DNA from: Flectonema sp. DT1601
Lineage: Eukaryota
Assembly (NCBI GenBank): GCA_964019425.1
Contig: OZ025787.1
Span: 620,001-684,000, forward strand
DNA: 64,000 nt
Reading direction: 5' to 3'
Made by a program: the position numbers and the translations under genes. The first letter of the stretch is position 1, and each line of letters begins with the position of its first letter. A model generated the notes under the pieces. It was not told where the DNA came from, did not search any database, and was given only the letters and a program-made list of their open reading frames with translations. Positions 61,401-64,000 of the stretch are shown piece after piece.

Positions 61401-64000
61401 ACCCGCAAACGAAGGGGACGAGAGGCCGGAAGGCAAAGACGGGGGCAAAGGGGGCCGGAAAGGAGGACCCAAGTCCGCAGGTCGCTTGCAGGTTTGCTGC
61501 AAGCGGAAATGGGAGAGTCCACCCCGAGCTCAGGTGAACGGCAGGCGAGGAGGTACGCGATCCTCAGTGCCGATCCGCGGTGTGAAAGCATGGCCTAACG
61601 ATCCTTTGGTCTCGCTTCATGTTCAAGGGATGAAGCCGGGTTTGACAGAAAAATTACCACAGGAATAACTGGCTTGTAGCAGCCAAACGTTCAGCCACAG
61701 CGACGTTGCTTTTTGATCCTTCGTTGTTGGCTCTTCCTAGTTATTCATTACTTTATCATCATTTTCTCTCTCAGGTGCAATACAGTGATGGAAAGCTAAT
61801 TATCAAAATTCCATTTAGGATATATCCGTGCTTCGATGATGGAGGTTATGAACTTGGAAGCGGTAATGCTACTGAAAAACGTGCATGAAAAAAAGAGCAA
61901 AAGGTTGCTTTTCTTCTTACTACATCCCCATCTGTAGTTTATCTCACGTTTCTATTTTATTGAAAAGAATGAAATGAAAGATAACCTTAATACTTATTTC
62001 CATCACAGGGTAGAATTGCAGCACATTACAGAGATAAGTTCAATAAAGAACTTGATTGCTTTGGATTGATTCTTTTCAAAAGGAAACCTCAGCACAAGCA
62101 GCAACCTCTGTCGAGTTTGAATTACTTTTCCAAATCCTGGCCTCTTACCTTCTAGCCTGGGGAATGTAAGAGAAGAGTTAGAATTAACATTCATCGTTAG
62201 TGATATCTTCTCAACACCTGCACCCCTCCAAACTGTTGTGTATTCATCATTTGTAATAAAAGATCCCAACATTGAATCCATTTTCCACTGCCAGTATTTC
62301 TCATTGCCATCGGTTGTTTGCTTCGGTCTCTTTGTCTGTCTCTCTTCTTTCTAAGTTTTTCATAACCAATGCGTAGTATTCTTTATTCGGTGTAGCATAA
62401 AGTGATTATTCCTCTTTCTTTATTAGACGTGAATAAACAGACTGCAGCATCTGTTGAAGAACTGCACACAGTGTGAAAGACTCCTGATGTTGATCCTACA
62501 ACAGATTGGGATTCATCCTCATATCCACATGTAATAAACCTCACTTGATACGTCCCCCATCTGAGATGTTGGATACATTCTTGGCGTATGGAATCGAGTT
62601 ATCAATTTCAAACAATCGTGAGACGAGCAATTACGTATGCTTGACAATAGCTACTTGATAGTTTTTCCATATCACTTGGAGGATGTCGCTGTAATAGAAA
62701 ATACTCAGGTACTTGAATGAACATTGCACAACAATAAGCCACTGCTTTACAGTAGGCCTTGAGTGAGGCCGGGTAATTCCATAAATCAAAACATATACAG
62801 CAGACTAAACGCTACATAAGTGTAAAAGAACGGTACTTGGTTGCTCCTCACAGGTTGTGACTCTGGGAAGCAACAATAATAGATTTCGTTTTTAAGCAAT
62901 AATAGAATAGTAATCCTGACAACACCAAAACATATACTTCAAGACTTACCAGAATTGACCCCTTGCCCGCAGCTCGCATGAAAGTCGAGTGAAAAATAAT
63001 AAAAAACCATTCAGATTAGCCTTATATTTTGTTGAACGCAGACAAAATCCTGTCGCACGGGGAAAATAAATCATGACCATAAGAAATATCGGCTTTCAAT
63101 CTGAATAGTTTCTTCCCTGACTACGTCGGTACAAAAAAAAAAAAAAAAAACATTTGCTGCTTATTAGTTGGGCACGCGTTTATTATCTTTTTTTAAAAAA
63201 AAAAAAAGAAAGATCGTTATAAATATGGTATACTATAATAGGAAACAAGTAAACAAAACGAAGGACGACGTTTTTAAATAGTATGAGTGGCTGGACAAAA
63301 AAATTCAAAACTATAATGTGTGTTTTGTAAAGCAAAATTGCCTGACAAAGGCATAAAGTGTAAATGTAGTCCAGCAAGCTCGGATAAATATAATTTTTTT
63401 AACGGTTTATTCGTACAAAACAGAAACAGAACAGTGCAAAAGCTCGATCATGGTCGCAGTGAAGAATTATTTCAAACAAAATAAAACACCTAACGAATAC
63501 ATAAAACAAACTGTGATCGGGTTTCAAAAGAACTCCACTGTAGACCACTGGGCTAAAACGCCGACAATTATCTTCGAGAGGGGTCCGAAAAGAATAAATT
63601 ATAATAGAATTGCACCCTACTAATCCACAGGGACAGGGGAAAAGTTCGATTGTCGTCCCGACGCGCAACTTGGTGACAACGGTGGAGACCAATCGTGGAT
63701 TTCGGAAGTAGAAGGGATGCTAACTCGGGAAACAGAGGAGGGGTGGGCCCCTCGAGACCCACAACTTGGAGATATCGGTGGTGACCAATCATGAACACCA
63801 GTTGTCGGAGTGACACTACATTGGGGAGGTGTGGATGAGTTGTCGGATCGTAGAGTGTGTATTTGATCACGCAAAGCGAAGCATTCCGTTGAGGGTAAGA
63901 ATTGACCAAAGTGGGAAGTAATTGGTGAAAGTGGTGGAGAGTAAGGGGTGAGCGGATTAGACAGCAGGACACTGTTTTCCCCAAATTGAGAACTCACACA

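Noticed and set aside
60546..62622. Short diverged repeat (GGAATCGAGTTAT...AATCGTGAG at ~60550 and ~62590) and the ORF at 62003-62281 as transposase remnants
   Set aside because: Too short and degenerate to assign without a search, and no TIRs were found.
63568..63997. ORFs at the right edge (the 63620-63997 translation actually corresponds to the minus strand), with a short HDWSPPxSPSC duplication
   Set aside because: No recognisable domain, truncated by the window edge, and insufficient support for a gene call.

Overview
Eukaryotic, intron-containing protist DNA. A euglenozoan such as a diplonemid is inferred from co-directional genes, putative trans-splice acceptors and a VIPER/TATE-like element. 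The left 45.6 kb holds eight + strand host genes: two SCP/FCP1-type (NIF) phosphatases, an LRMDA-like LRR gene, a four-copy tandem array of membrane-anchored subtilase-CUB-mucin proteins with long Thr-rich repeats, and a receptor-type degenerate cyclase-like gene. The right part is a nest of mobile elements. It contains a decayed piggyBac and a tyrosine-recombinase retrotransposon (gag-YR-RT/RH) with split direct repeats that carry a tRNA-derived module and an internal inversion in its RT. It also contains a Naiad/Chlamys-type Penelope-like element (PLE) with an N-terminal GIY-YIG and a C-terminal Josephin-like domain. The most notable result is two sequence-unrelated hammerhead ribozyme candidates with the same non-circularly permuted topology, where the cleavage strand sits inside the stem II loop and an extra helix is added. 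One lies in the PLE 3' UTR. The other lies near the 3' end of a 952-bp non-coding insertion with a 97-bp target duplication. All calls were made by eye; no searches were run.
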